Source of the DNA: an uncultured Candidatus Saccharibacteria bacterium
GTDB taxonomy: Bacteria > Patescibacteriota > JAQUNI01
NCBI GenBank assembly: GCA_964555185.1
Contig: CAZKRD010000001.1
Span: forward strand, 124,265-188,264
Reading direction: 5' to 3'
Length of the DNA stretch: 64,000 nt
Part shown: piece after piece, positions 53,791 through 62,157 of the stretch
How positions within the stretch are numbered: position 1 is the first letter of the stretch
Layout: the number at the start of each line of letters is the position of its first letter
Translations under genes and position numbers: made by a program
The notes under the pieces: generated by a model
Databases searched by the model: none
The model's input: the letters and a program-made list of their open reading frames with translations, nothing else
What the model was told of the DNA's origin: nothing

Positions 53791-54333
53791 ATGCTCTACA
53801 AAAAACAGAATCAATTAAATATTCGCGGTTTTACCTTAGTAGAGCTTTTGGTCGCAATGGCTGTTTTTGCTCTTGCGATCGTTGCGATCGCGGGGATATT
53901 TATTTCTATCACAAAAACACAGCGCAAATCCAGGATAGAGCAGAGGGTCCAGGCAGAAGCGCGTTATGCCTTAGATATGATCAGCCAAGAGATTCGAGAC
54001 GGCTATATTGATTACACCCAGCCGCTTAGCACAAGCGTTTTGTATCTTGAGCGGCCTGGCGGCCAAAAGGTTGCTTTTAATATAGTCGGCGGTACCCTCC
54101 AGATGACTGTTGACAGCGGCACGCCCACGGCAATCTCAAGCAGTAACGTGAAGATTGCGGACTTAAGATTTTATGTTACGCCGGGGACAGACCCTTTTAT
54201 CGAGGGCGGTCCCAACGAACAGCCCCGGGTTACTGTTTCTCTGACCATAGAAGATAAAGACGCGGCCAAAGCAGAGGAGCAAGCAGAGATAGAAGCCCAG
54301 ACCACGATTTCAAGCAGGCAGTATCGAAGATAG
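53791..54333 (+). CDS. Minor pilin (prepilin-type N-terminus)
   Basis: MLYKKQNQLNIRG-FTLVELLVAMAVFALAIVAIAGIFI. Overlaps the 3' end of the preceding ORF. Confidence 0.7.
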   Translation: MLYKKQNQLNIRGFTLVELLVAMAVFALAIVAIAGIFISITKTQRKSRIEQRVQAEARYALDMISQEIRDGYIDYTQPLSTSVLYLERPGGQKVAFNIVGGTLQMTVDSGTPTAISSSNVKIADLRFYVTPGTDPFIEGGPNEQPRVTVSLTIEDKDAAKAEEQAEIEAQTTISSRQYRR

Positions 54334-54337
54334 CAGG

Positions 54338-54392
54338 GTCATTGCGAGGAGCCCGCACCTTTTAGAAAAGGTGCGGGGGACGCGGCAATCTC
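54338..54392. repeat. Family-A solo repeat arm with internal hairpin
   Basis: 'gtcattgcgaggagcccgcaccttttagaaaaggtgcgggggacgcggcaatctc'. Confidence 0.6.
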
Positions 54393-54407
54393 ATAAAGCA
54401 AGTAATA

Positions 54408-55175
54408 TTGTTAAGTGTAATGATTAAAAATTTAGAATTAAAAATTAGAAATTATTCAAAGGGTGCTTCCTTGCTCTACGCGATTCTTGTTTTAGGCACG
54501 ATCGCTTTAATTAGTATAGCTGTTGCTGGCTTGATGATTAGGGGCTTAAAAACTAGCCGTGCAATTGGCAGGGGGATGGCCGCCTATTACGCGGCAGAAT
54601 CAGGAATGGAGGAGGCGCTCTACAAGGTCCGCGTTCTTGATGATAAAAGTGATGGCGCGGGCACTTTCTTAGAGATTAAAGGGAGCTGGGATTATGAGAT
54701 TGAGGATGTTTTTGATCCCGGGAATCCATATGCCCAGGGTTTACTGCGTAAGGACGAAACAATCGAATTTGATGATGTTAATGGCTCTAATCAGATGCGA
54801 ATAACTTGGTCACAGGATGATGATGGTGTGGATGCGTTTTTAGAAGTAACCTATATTGGCTGGGAAGCGGATTTTAGTAATTTTTTAGATTCTACTCGAG
54901 ATGTTGAAAAAGAGCTCCTAAGCTCTAACGCTAATATCGCTTTGGACCCAGGGCGAACATATTTAGTGCGCCTAAAACCGTTAAAAAGCGCTGTTGTCGA
55001 CCTTGAAGTTTCTTTTGCTGGTTTTACGATTGGCGATCATATCCGGATTGCCTCTGACGGCTTTCATGTTGGTCATAAAAAAGCCCTAGAATCGAATTAC
55101 AGTACTGATGATACAGGCGTGGTTAGTGGATTCTTTGACTATGTCATTTTTTCAGAAGAAGCTTTAGTTAAATAA
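54408..55175 (+). CDS. PilX-like minor pilin / pilus tip-associated protein
   Basis: KGASLLYAILVLGTIALISIAVAGLMIRG resembles the PilX N-terminal segment. Last gene of the pilin run. Confidence 0.5.
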   Translation: MLSVMIKNLELKIRNYSKGASLLYAILVLGTIALISIAVAGLMIRGLKTSRAIGRGMAAYYAAESGMEEALYKVRVLDDKSDGAGTFLEIKGSWDYEIEDVFDPGNPYAQGLLRKDETIEFDDVNGSNQMRITWSQDDDGVDAFLEVTYIGWEADFSNFLDSTRDVEKELLSSNANIALDPGRTYLVRLKPLKSAVVDLEVSFAGFTIGDHIRIASDGFHVGHKKALESNYSTDDTGVVSGFFDYVIFSEEALVK

Positions 55176-55184
55176 AAAACGTCT

Positions 55185-55220
55185 GTCATTGCGAGGGAGC
55201 GGAGCGACCGAAGCAATCTC
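55185..55220. repeat. Family-A solo repeat arm
   Basis: 'gtcattgcgagggagcggagcgaccgaagcaatctc'. Confidence 0.6.
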
Positions 55221-55297
55221 ATAGAGCAGCAGCAACTATTACTTAGATTCGTATTTCCTAGATTTATTAAGTTTTCATTATCATTAACCAGATACTT

Positions 55298-56095
55298 ATG
55301 AAATTAAAAAATAAAGAGAGCTGTTCTTCAAAAAAAAGCAGACTTTACGGCGCGGTGCCCTGGATTGTTTTACTTATCATCGCTCTAATTGTTGTCGGCG
55401 GCTTGGTGGCAGTTTATTACCTTTGGCCAAAAGAAGCCCCAGAAGCCGTTCCAGGCGAACAGGAAGTTAAGTCTTATGTCGGCACGATAACAGAGTTAGG
55501 CAAAGACAGCTTTAAACTTCAAGTAAAAGCAGAGAGGAATTATCTTAATGAAGACAGCGAGTTTATGGTCGAAGTTGATAAAGACACGCAGTATTCCAAA
55601 ACAGTAATGCCTGTGTCTGTTCCGGAAGAGGATACGGGAAGTTCGGTCCAGATTACACCTGCCGTGTTCTCTGATCTTAAAGTAGGTGATGAGGTTGTGG
55701 TTGCGAGCAATTCTGATATTGCCGGCAAGAGCAAATTCACGGCCGTCAGAGTTGAAATTCTGGATGTAACAGAGATCAAGTCTTATACGGGAAAAGTTAA
55801 ATCCATAGGCAATGAACAGATGGAGATTACTGCAGGAGCGCAACAAAACTATTTTAATGTGGATACGGTTTTGATTGTAAAAACAGACCCCAAAACAGAG
55901 TATTTCCAGATTTATTTTTCTAAAAATGTTTCTACTTCTGAAAACCTTGAGGGACAATTGGAAAGAGAGAAGATTAGTTTTGAAGATATAAAAGTAGGGG
56001 ATGATGTAGTTGTCGCAAGCAACCAGGACCTCAAAGGCCAAACCACCTTCTTCGCCCGAGAGATTTCAATCTTACCCAAATCAATTCAAGAATAG
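55298..56095 (+). CDS. Membrane-anchored protein with three internal ~70-aa repeats
   Basis: TM (IVLLIIALIVVGGLVAVYYLW). Repeats KSYVGTITELGKDSFKLQV.../KSYTGKVKSIGNEQMEITA.../IKVGDDVVVAS. Confidence 0.5.
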   Translation: MKLKNKESCSSKKSRLYGAVPWIVLLIIALIVVGGLVAVYYLWPKEAPEAVPGEQEVKSYVGTITELGKDSFKLQVKAERNYLNEDSEFMVEVDKDTQYSKTVMPVSVPEEDTGSSVQITPAVFSDLKVGDEVVVASNSDIAGKSKFTAVRVEILDVTEIKSYTGKVKSIGNEQMEITAGAQQNYFNVDTVLIVKTDPKTEYFQIYFSKNVSTSENLEGQLEREKISFEDIKVGDDVVVASNQDLKGQTTFFAREISILPKSIQE

Positions 56096-56258
56096 ATTTG
56101 TAGGGCCTGTCCGCCGAAGCTCGTGAGCGAAGGCGGAGCGACTCCATGCCCGCGAACCTTAAAAAACAAATAATAAAAAAAGACCACAGCAGTAAAGACA
56201 AATTGTTTCAAGTCTCTTGTGTGGTCGTGGTAAAAGAGCTGAAAGAACTATTAGGAGG

Positions 56259-56990
56259 CTATAGGAGACCCGCCCTTCTCTTTATTCCTCCCCATACAAC
56301 CGCTTTCTTGAGAGGCCGCGGTGGTGCAAGTCGGCTTTTTATTACTAAATCTAGAATATCCACGCGCCCGTCACCATTCAGGTCATCATCTTCTTCTTTT
56401 TGGTCCTGATGGCCGTTTAGAGTGATGACAATATCTCTAATATCTATTATCCCGTCATCATTAACATCTTCTAGAACATCTTCTAGTGTGGGTTTGTCGC
56501 CGACCCTTAGTTGCTTTCTGGTTTTCGCAGGAATGGTGCTTGACGGTTGTGTGGATACAGCATCTTCACAATTACCCGATCGTAGTTCACCGCAAAGGCG
56601 GTATATCGGGTATTCTGTACCGTTGATTTCAGTAGTTCCACAGTCAGTATCTTCTATCCAGAATGGTCCTAGACATACGGGTATTTCTACAGGTTCACCA
56701 TTACAAAAGAATATCATGCTGTTGTTAGACTGCTCATTAAAGCGTTCTTCTGTCCACCAAGCTTCTACTTCTTCTGTCCATGTAATTCGTAGACACGCCC
56801 TTGCACCTGACCACTCACAATTAAGAATATCGTCTTCTGTTAAGCAGTCGCCACATTGACTTCTGATAACATCAGCAGTGGTGATCAGGTCATCGCAGAT
56901 TTCTTGTCCGTCTTCAGCGGAGCTTAGGGTTAGAGGGTAAACCAAGATCATGATTGATATCATCATCAGGACATAACTTTTTTCTTTCAT
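56259..56990 (-). CDS. Secreted Cys-rich protein with C-terminal dockerin-like calcium-binding repeats
   Basis: Signal peptide. The N-terminal domain is shared with 57340..59457. DVNDDGIIDIRDIV...DLNGDGRVDILDLV matches the dockerin type-I repeat pattern. Confidence 0.6.
   Translation of the reverse strand: MKEKSYVLMMISIMILVYPLTLSSAEDGQEICDDLITTADVIRSQCGDCLTEDDILNCEWSGARACLRITWTEEVEAWWTEERFNEQSNNSMIFFCNGEPVEIPVCLGPFWIEDTDCGTTEINGTEYPIYRLCGELRSGNCEDAVSTQPSSTIPAKTRKQLRVGDKPTLEDVLEDVNDDGIIDIRDIVITLNGHQDQKEEDDDLNGDGRVDILDLVIKSRLAPPRPLKKAVVWGGIKRRAGLL
56545..56850. repeat. Left arm of an inverted duplication (core 195 bp, 100% identical to the reverse complement of 57537..57732)
   Basis: The RC of 56605..56800 equals 'cgaattacatggacagaagaagtagaagcttggtggacagaagaacgctttaatgagcag...aatacccgatata' in gene 57340..59457. 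Confidence 0.85.
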
Positions 56991-57339
56991 TTTTTATACC
57001 TCCTCAGATTAGAAAGGAACTGATTTTCATAACAGCTTTCAATAATCAAATCTCCATTTTGATATATTAACATATTAAGAAAATGATGTCAAATTTTTTT
57101 AAGTATATCAATTGTTGAGAACTTTGATTTGGCATGAAGATAAAATATAGTTAGTCTCATTGGGTTATTTTAGAAAAGATGTGTTCTGAAAATTAAATTT
57201 TGGAGCACTAGTTGTACTCAAAGAAAAGAGCGTAAGATTTTAATACAAGGGAGGTAAGTATGACTTTTTAAAACTATTGAAACTGAAATTCATTTGTTGT
57301 TTGTAGAATATATTTATATAAAATAAAACAAAAAAGTAT

Positions 57340-59457
57340 ATGTTAGCAAAAAAAAATTTATTTTGGATTTCTATTTTAATGCTGAATTTATGGTTAATTG
57401 GTGGTTTTTCAGTGAGAGAGGCGCAGGGAGTTTGTGATGATCCAGTCACTACTACCGAGGGAATCATAAGTCAATGTGGCGAATGCTCATCAGAAGGGGA
57501 TATTCTTAATTGTGAGTGGTCAGGCGAAAGAACATGTCTACGAATTACATGGACAGAAGAAGTAGAAGCTTGGTGGACAGAAGAACGCTTTAATGAGCAG
57601 TCTAACAACAGCATGATATTCTTTTGTAATGGTGAACCTGTAGAAATACCCGTATGTCTAGGACCATTCTGGATAGAAGATACTGACTGTGGAACTACTG
57701 AAATCAACGGTACAGAATACCCGATATACCACCTTTGCGGTGAACTACAATCGGGTAGTTGTGATGAAGGGGAACCTGGATCCACCTCCTGTTCCGTAGG
57801 ATATTGCCAAGAATTATGGCCGGGGACAGAGTATGCTGCTTGCAGTGAGACCACTGGGTGGGGTGATTATAGCTGTGGTCCGGACCGAGAGTATTATGGC
57901 GCGCGTGATACGGATGATTGTAACACAGATCCTGACAACTATTGCGTCTGTTGCGGAGATCCAGGCAGTAAATCACCCTCTTGTGATCTATCAGCCAATC
58001 CTGATAATGGTTTTGATCCTTTAAGTACTAATCTTAGCATGTCAGCTGAAGGGTCTAGTCTTGACAGCTGGCAATTAACTTATGGGGATGGAGCACAGGA
58101 ATGCAATCCTGGCCCTTGTTCTGGCAACCCTGATGGATTAACCCGCAATCATATTTACAATACAGGGGATTATACTGCAACAATGACCCTTTGGAATCAA
58201 GCAGGGGAGAGCGCTACTTGTGTTGATGATATTGAGGTTGGTATTGGAATACCCCAAAATCTGCACCACACAGCCAATACTCCTTATACTCTTGGTTGGG
58301 CTTGGGATCCTGTGGGTGGAGCGACTTCTTACAAGGCTTATGTTTATGATGGTATTGGTATCGGCGGTGCTTACTGGCTGCTTGGTACTGTTACAGAAAC
58401 CGAGTTTAGCCATTCTCAATATCCAGTATTTTTATTCTTTTTTCTTCTTTGGCTTCCAATTGGCGGTAATGGCATACCCTGGAATTGGCCTTATACGGTT
58501 GGCGTGTTAGCTTGTAATGGCGCTGTCTGTTCTCCGCCCGCTACTGCGACAGCAGCTACCTCAATCGAGTCCCCAACATTGATTACTAAAGTCGGCGAAA
58601 CTTTAAACGGTACGAACAGCAGTTTTACAATCAGAGTAGATTCTAATGAACGCTGGGGACTTGGTTTTTCCGCGTTAAATCAGGGTAATTCAGCTGTCAG
58701 AACAAGAATTAGAAGACTGCCTAGCGGCTTTCCAGAACAGACCATTGATTGGCGCAGTGGTCCTGGCCTTTATGGCCGGCCAGCAGACTTTGTTTTCTCC
58801 GGCCTCCTAGAAGGCAGTGAATATGAGGTCTGCGCTCAATCGAGGAATCGTGACGGGATTGCTGATGGTGTTGGCGATTATCGGCCCGGCCCGACTGCTT
58901 CAGATTGGAACTGTGAGAACATCTCTGTTGGTACTCTAGTTGTTTCTTGCACGCCAGACACAGATCAAGCCTGCTGTGAGAATCCACTGGCAAATGTAGA
59001 TTTAACAGCGACTAAGGGATTAGCTCCTGGCCTAATCTGTACAGGCGCGACTGGCAATACCTGCTGGGCTCCTGCGGGCGGGTTTGTTTTTCCTCCTGGT
59101 ATTCCTCAAGGTGGAGAGATGTATCAGTCTAACTGCTGTGGCGATGATTTAGGCGAGGCTTTTGACGGTGGCAATGTATCATGCGACGGCACCCATGCCT
59201 GTTGTCCTTTTGGTCTTTATGTTGAAGGCGGGAATTGTGTTAGTGATTGTTCTGTGAATCAACCTCCAGATCCGCCGATTATAGAGCCGCCGATTTCTTT
59301 TGAGGGCAGTATTGCTCCGAGTAAGACAGGCATTCATACAGCAAGCCAGTACGGCTCAAAGAAAGACACGGCTTTGAGTAAAAAGAAGACAAACTTTCTC
59401 GCCAAGCTTTCGGCTAATTTGTTTGATTTGATTATTCATAATATTTTTAAGAAGTAG
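57340..59457 (+). CDS. Large secreted Cys-rich protein (705 aa) with Ig/PKD/Fn3-like segments
   Basis: Signal peptide (LFWISILMLNLWLIGGFSV), shared N-terminal domain, many Cys, a PKD-like stretch (LSANPDNGFDPLSTNLSMSAEGS...YGDGA). Confidence 0.65.
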   Translation: MLAKKNLFWISILMLNLWLIGGFSVREAQGVCDDPVTTTEGIISQCGECSSEGDILNCEWSGERTCLRITWTEEVEAWWTEERFNEQSNNSMIFFCNGEPVEIPVCLGPFWIEDTDCGTTEINGTEYPIYHLCGELQSGSCDEGEPGSTSCSVGYCQELWPGTEYAACSETTGWGDYSCGPDREYYGARDTDDCNTDPDNYCVCCGDPGSKSPSCDLSANPDNGFDPLSTNLSMSAEGSSLDSWQLTYGDGAQECNPGPCSGNPDGLTRNHIYNTGDYTATMTLWNQAGESATCVDDIEVGIGIPQNLHHTANTPYTLGWAWDPVGGATSYKAYVYDGIGIGGAYWLLGTVTETEFSHSQYPVFLFFFLLWLPIGGNGIPWNWPYTVGVLACNGAVCSPPATATAATSIESPTLITKVGETLNGTNSSFTIRVDSNERWGLGFSALNQGNSAVRTRIRRLPSGFPEQTIDWRSGPGLYGRPADFVFSGLLEGSEYEVCAQSRNRDGIADGVGDYRPGPTASDWNCENISVGTLVVSCTPDTDQACCENPLANVDLTATKGLAPGLICTGATGNTCWAPAGGFVFPPGIPQGGEMYQSNCCGDDLGEAFDGGNVSCDGTHACCPFGLYVEGGNCVSDCSVNQPPDPPIIEPPISFEGSIAPSKTGIHTASQYGSKKDTALSKKKTNFLAKLSANLFDLIIHNIFKK
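57480..57790. repeat. Right arm of the inverted duplication
   Basis: See 56545..56850. Confidence 0.85.
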
Positions 59458-59469
59458 AAATTCAGAGTG

Positions 59470-59548
59470 CTCGGTTAAAATTTCAACTTTTAACTTTAAA
59501 CTTTGCCTGCCTGCCGGAGCCTTGGCGTAGGTAGGAATTTTGAACTTG
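59470..59548. repeat. Family-B repeat (AACTTTTAACTTTAAACTTT plus GC hairpin)
   Basis: 'aaatttcaacttttaactttaaactttgcctgcctgccggagccttggcgtaggtagg'. Confidence 0.65.
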
Positions 59549-59549
59549 A

Positions 59550-60086
59550 TTGATGTCTTCAAAAATCCTTTGGCTAGTTTTAATCGTTGCTGTTATTATT
59601 CTCGGAATCACGATCTACTTTGCCCACTTTTTTGAGATAGAAATAGAAAATACAGAGTTGCCAAAAAGAGGGGATCTTGATTTGTCGAGTGACACTTTGC
59701 CTGTACCGGACAATATCATTCCTCCTTCCCCTGATTATAATCCAGGGGGAGATGATAGTCCGGATGATCCTGGAGATGATCCTGGAGTAGAAAATCTTAA
59801 GATGAAGATAGTAAGTTATCGCGGCTTTATTACTAAGATAGGATCTTCTTCAATTGAGTTTGAACCAAGAGTAGAGGGAGGGTCGGAAAAGCTGGTTACT
59901 GCTTTTGTTGATGCTAATACTGAAATCACACAAGTGTTTCTTTCCGAAGAGACAGTAGAGGAATCAATTGAACTTTCCGATTTAAGGGTTGGCGATGAAG
60001 TAAGAGTGAATGGGTTAGCCCAAAATTATTTTGAGCCGATCCCGCATACTATTCAAATAGAAAGATTTTATTTAAGAAAAAAATGA
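59550..60086 (+). CDS. Membrane-anchored protein with Pro/Asp-rich linker
   Basis: TM (ILWLVLIVAVIILGITIYFAHFF). PPSPDYNPGGDDSPDDPGDDPG. Confidence 0.5.
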   Translation: MMSSKILWLVLIVAVIILGITIYFAHFFEIEIENTELPKRGDLDLSSDTLPVPDNIIPPSPDYNPGGDDSPDDPGDDPGVENLKMKIVSYRGFITKIGSSSIEFEPRVEGGSEKLVTAFVDANTEITQVFLSEETVEESIELSDLRVGDEVRVNGLAQNYFEPIPHTIQIERFYLRKK

Positions 60087-61639
60087 AAACAATTTATTCA
60101 ACAATCAAACATTGCCTTTTCCTTGCTGCCTTTTTGCTTGTTTGTCTTTATCCTATGGAGATAGAGGCGGCGCTAAGAACTGCTGGTGATTTTGAGTGTG
60201 ATGATTCCGGAGGAAGTTGGGCTTGTTTTAGTCGGCCGGGAGATACAATAGAGTTTCAGGTAAGGGCGCGTGATCCGGATAGCCAAGTCTATTTTTGGCT
60301 TTATTGGAATGATGTTCTACCAGACCCAGGAGAAAGGCAGCCTGCTGCCCCAGGATATGTAAATTCAGACACCTGGTTGCCGGTTTCCCATACATATTCT
60401 AATTCAGGTATCTATAATGTCTATGCTGAAGCTTGTGATGATCAGGATGTATGCCCTGGAGATCCATCAAACATTATTGATATATTTATTTCCAGGATCA
60501 CTAATTTTACAAAGAGTGTTGATAAAGCAACAGCGAGTGTGGGCGAACAGATTAATTATACTTTTAGTTTTGATCTTGTGGACGCACCAGCTAGGCGCCT
60601 AGGCATGACTGATCCAATTCCAGCTAACTCTAGTTATGTTAATGGTTCTGCTTCATATAATTGTCCTTCTGGTGCGGGAGCAGGAGCAAGAGTGGGGTCG
60701 GAAATAGTGTGGGATATGGGAGATCAAGCTATAGGCACTTGCGATCTGGGGATGGCGGTTATTGCCCAAGGCGGCGCTATTTTAAATAGCGCCGAAGCCT
60801 TTGCCAGGAACGCGGACCCGGTTCTTTCAAATGTGGTAGCCACCTCTGTTACCGAGGCTTGGCTTCAGACTGAATGGGGAGACGTACATAGCGACGTGGT
60901 GATTGCTAACAGTGATCAGGCAAGCGGAGAGGATAGTGCTACATATGTGGTGAGCGCGGATGGGAGTATTAGTGATTTTTACAGTGCACAAGGTTCTTCT
61001 TGGGTTTTTGAAGATTATGATAATTTACAAACCGTTTTTACGGCGATTGATATCCAAGGTTTGATTGACGGGGATTATGGTGAGCGGCAGAATACTAATC
61101 CCGCGGATTGGATGGGCAGTGATGATCCATTAATCACTGTGCCTTTATGGCGAGGTGATGATCCGACTAAAAATGTCTGGTATCGAGGTGTTAATTTGAA
61201 CATTGCGAATAATAATCAGGATTTGTATTTAGAGCGCGGCGGTACGATTGTCGTGGAGGGAGATTTGAGAATCAAGGGCAATGTCTATTACGACCCGAAT
61301 TTCAACTGCGCTGCTTTGCCCGGTGGGGTTGATTGCCGGGATGCCTTGCCCACGGTCGGCTTTGTAGTGATGGGCGATGTGATTATTGATCCTGATGTAA
61401 CTTATATTGCCGGCAATTTCTATGTCTTAGGCACGTTTTACACAGGAGATTCAAACAGTGATCAGCTGGTGATCGAGGGTTCGGTTGTTGCTAATGAGTT
61501 TGATCTAGAGAGAGAATATTCGGCTAGCGGAGATCCAGGAGAGATTTTTCGCTATGACGGCCGGGTTTTGGTCAACCCGCCGCCAGGATTTTCAGATCCG
61601 GCTGCTAAACTGCCGGGCGGGAGTCAGATAAGCCCGTGA
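60083..61639 (+). CDS. Secreted protein (518 aa), translationally coupled (ATGA overlap) to the upstream gene
   Basis: Signal peptide (LFLAAFLLVCLYPMEIEA). PKD-like and DUF11-like beta-rich segments. Confidence 0.6.
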   Translation: MKTIYSTIKHCLFLAAFLLVCLYPMEIEAALRTAGDFECDDSGGSWACFSRPGDTIEFQVRARDPDSQVYFWLYWNDVLPDPGERQPAAPGYVNSDTWLPVSHTYSNSGIYNVYAEACDDQDVCPGDPSNIIDIFISRITNFTKSVDKATASVGEQINYTFSFDLVDAPARRLGMTDPIPANSSYVNGSASYNCPSGAGAGARVGSEIVWDMGDQAIGTCDLGMAVIAQGGAILNSAEAFARNADPVLSNVVATSVTEAWLQTEWGDVHSDVVIANSDQASGEDSATYVVSADGSISDFYSAQGSSWVFEDYDNLQTVFTAIDIQGLIDGDYGERQNTNPADWMGSDDPLITVPLWRGDDPTKNVWYRGVNLNIANNNQDLYLERGGTIVVEGDLRIKGNVYYDPNFNCAALPGGVDCRDALPTVGFVVMGDVIIDPDVTYIAGNFYVLGTFYTGDSNSDQLVIEGSVVANEFDLEREYSASGDPGEIFRYDGRVLVNPPPGFSDPAAKLPGGSQISP

Positions 61640-61653
61640 GTGTATTTTTTATT

Positions 61654-62090
61654 GTCATTGCGAGGAAGGATCCTGAGCTTGCCGAAGGAGACTGACGAAG
61701 CAATCTCCAAGGAGCACCTGCCTATGCCATTTACTGAAAGGCAATATTATGTTTATATAATGACCAACAAATGGAACAATGTTTTGTATATTGGTGTCAC
61801 TAATAATTTAGAAAGAAGAGTATATGAGCACAAGAAGTATGTAAGTAAAGGATTTACGAGTAAGTATCACTTACATAAATTAGTCTACTATGAAACTTAC
61901 GGTAATATAGAGGAAGCTATCTTAAGAGAAAAACAGCTTAAAGGAGGCTCCAGGCAGAAGAAAATAGATTTAATTCAGGAAGATAACCCTGATTTTAAAG
62001 ATTTGACAGAAGGTTGGTATGAATAAACCTCCTTGCTTTATGGAGATTGCTTCGTCGTCCCGCCCTTCGGGCGGACTCCTCGCAATGACA
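61654..62090. mobile_element. Family-A inverted-repeat element carrying a GIY-YIG nuclease gene
   Basis: Left arm 'gtcattgcgaggaaggatcctgagcttgccgaaggagactgacgaagcaatctcc', inverted right arm 'ggagattgcttcgtcgtcccgcccttcgggcggactcctcgcaatgacat'. The same termini occur without cargo elsewhere in the window. Confidence 0.5.
61724..62026 (+). CDS. GIY-YIG domain nuclease (small, COG2827-like)
   Basis: YYVYIMTNKWNNVLYIGVTNNLERRVYEHK...LVYYE...REKQLKGGSRQKKIDLI. Classic GIY-YIG motifs. Confidence 0.8.
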   Translation: MPFTERQYYVYIMTNKWNNVLYIGVTNNLERRVYEHKKYVSKGFTSKYHLHKLVYYETYGNIEEAILREKQLKGGSRQKKIDLIQEDNPDFKDLTEGWYE

Positions 62091-62157
62091 TTCGGGTTTC
62101 GGTCGCCTTTTCAGGCGATTTTTTTAATGTTACAATAAAGGTAATAATTATTTCAAA

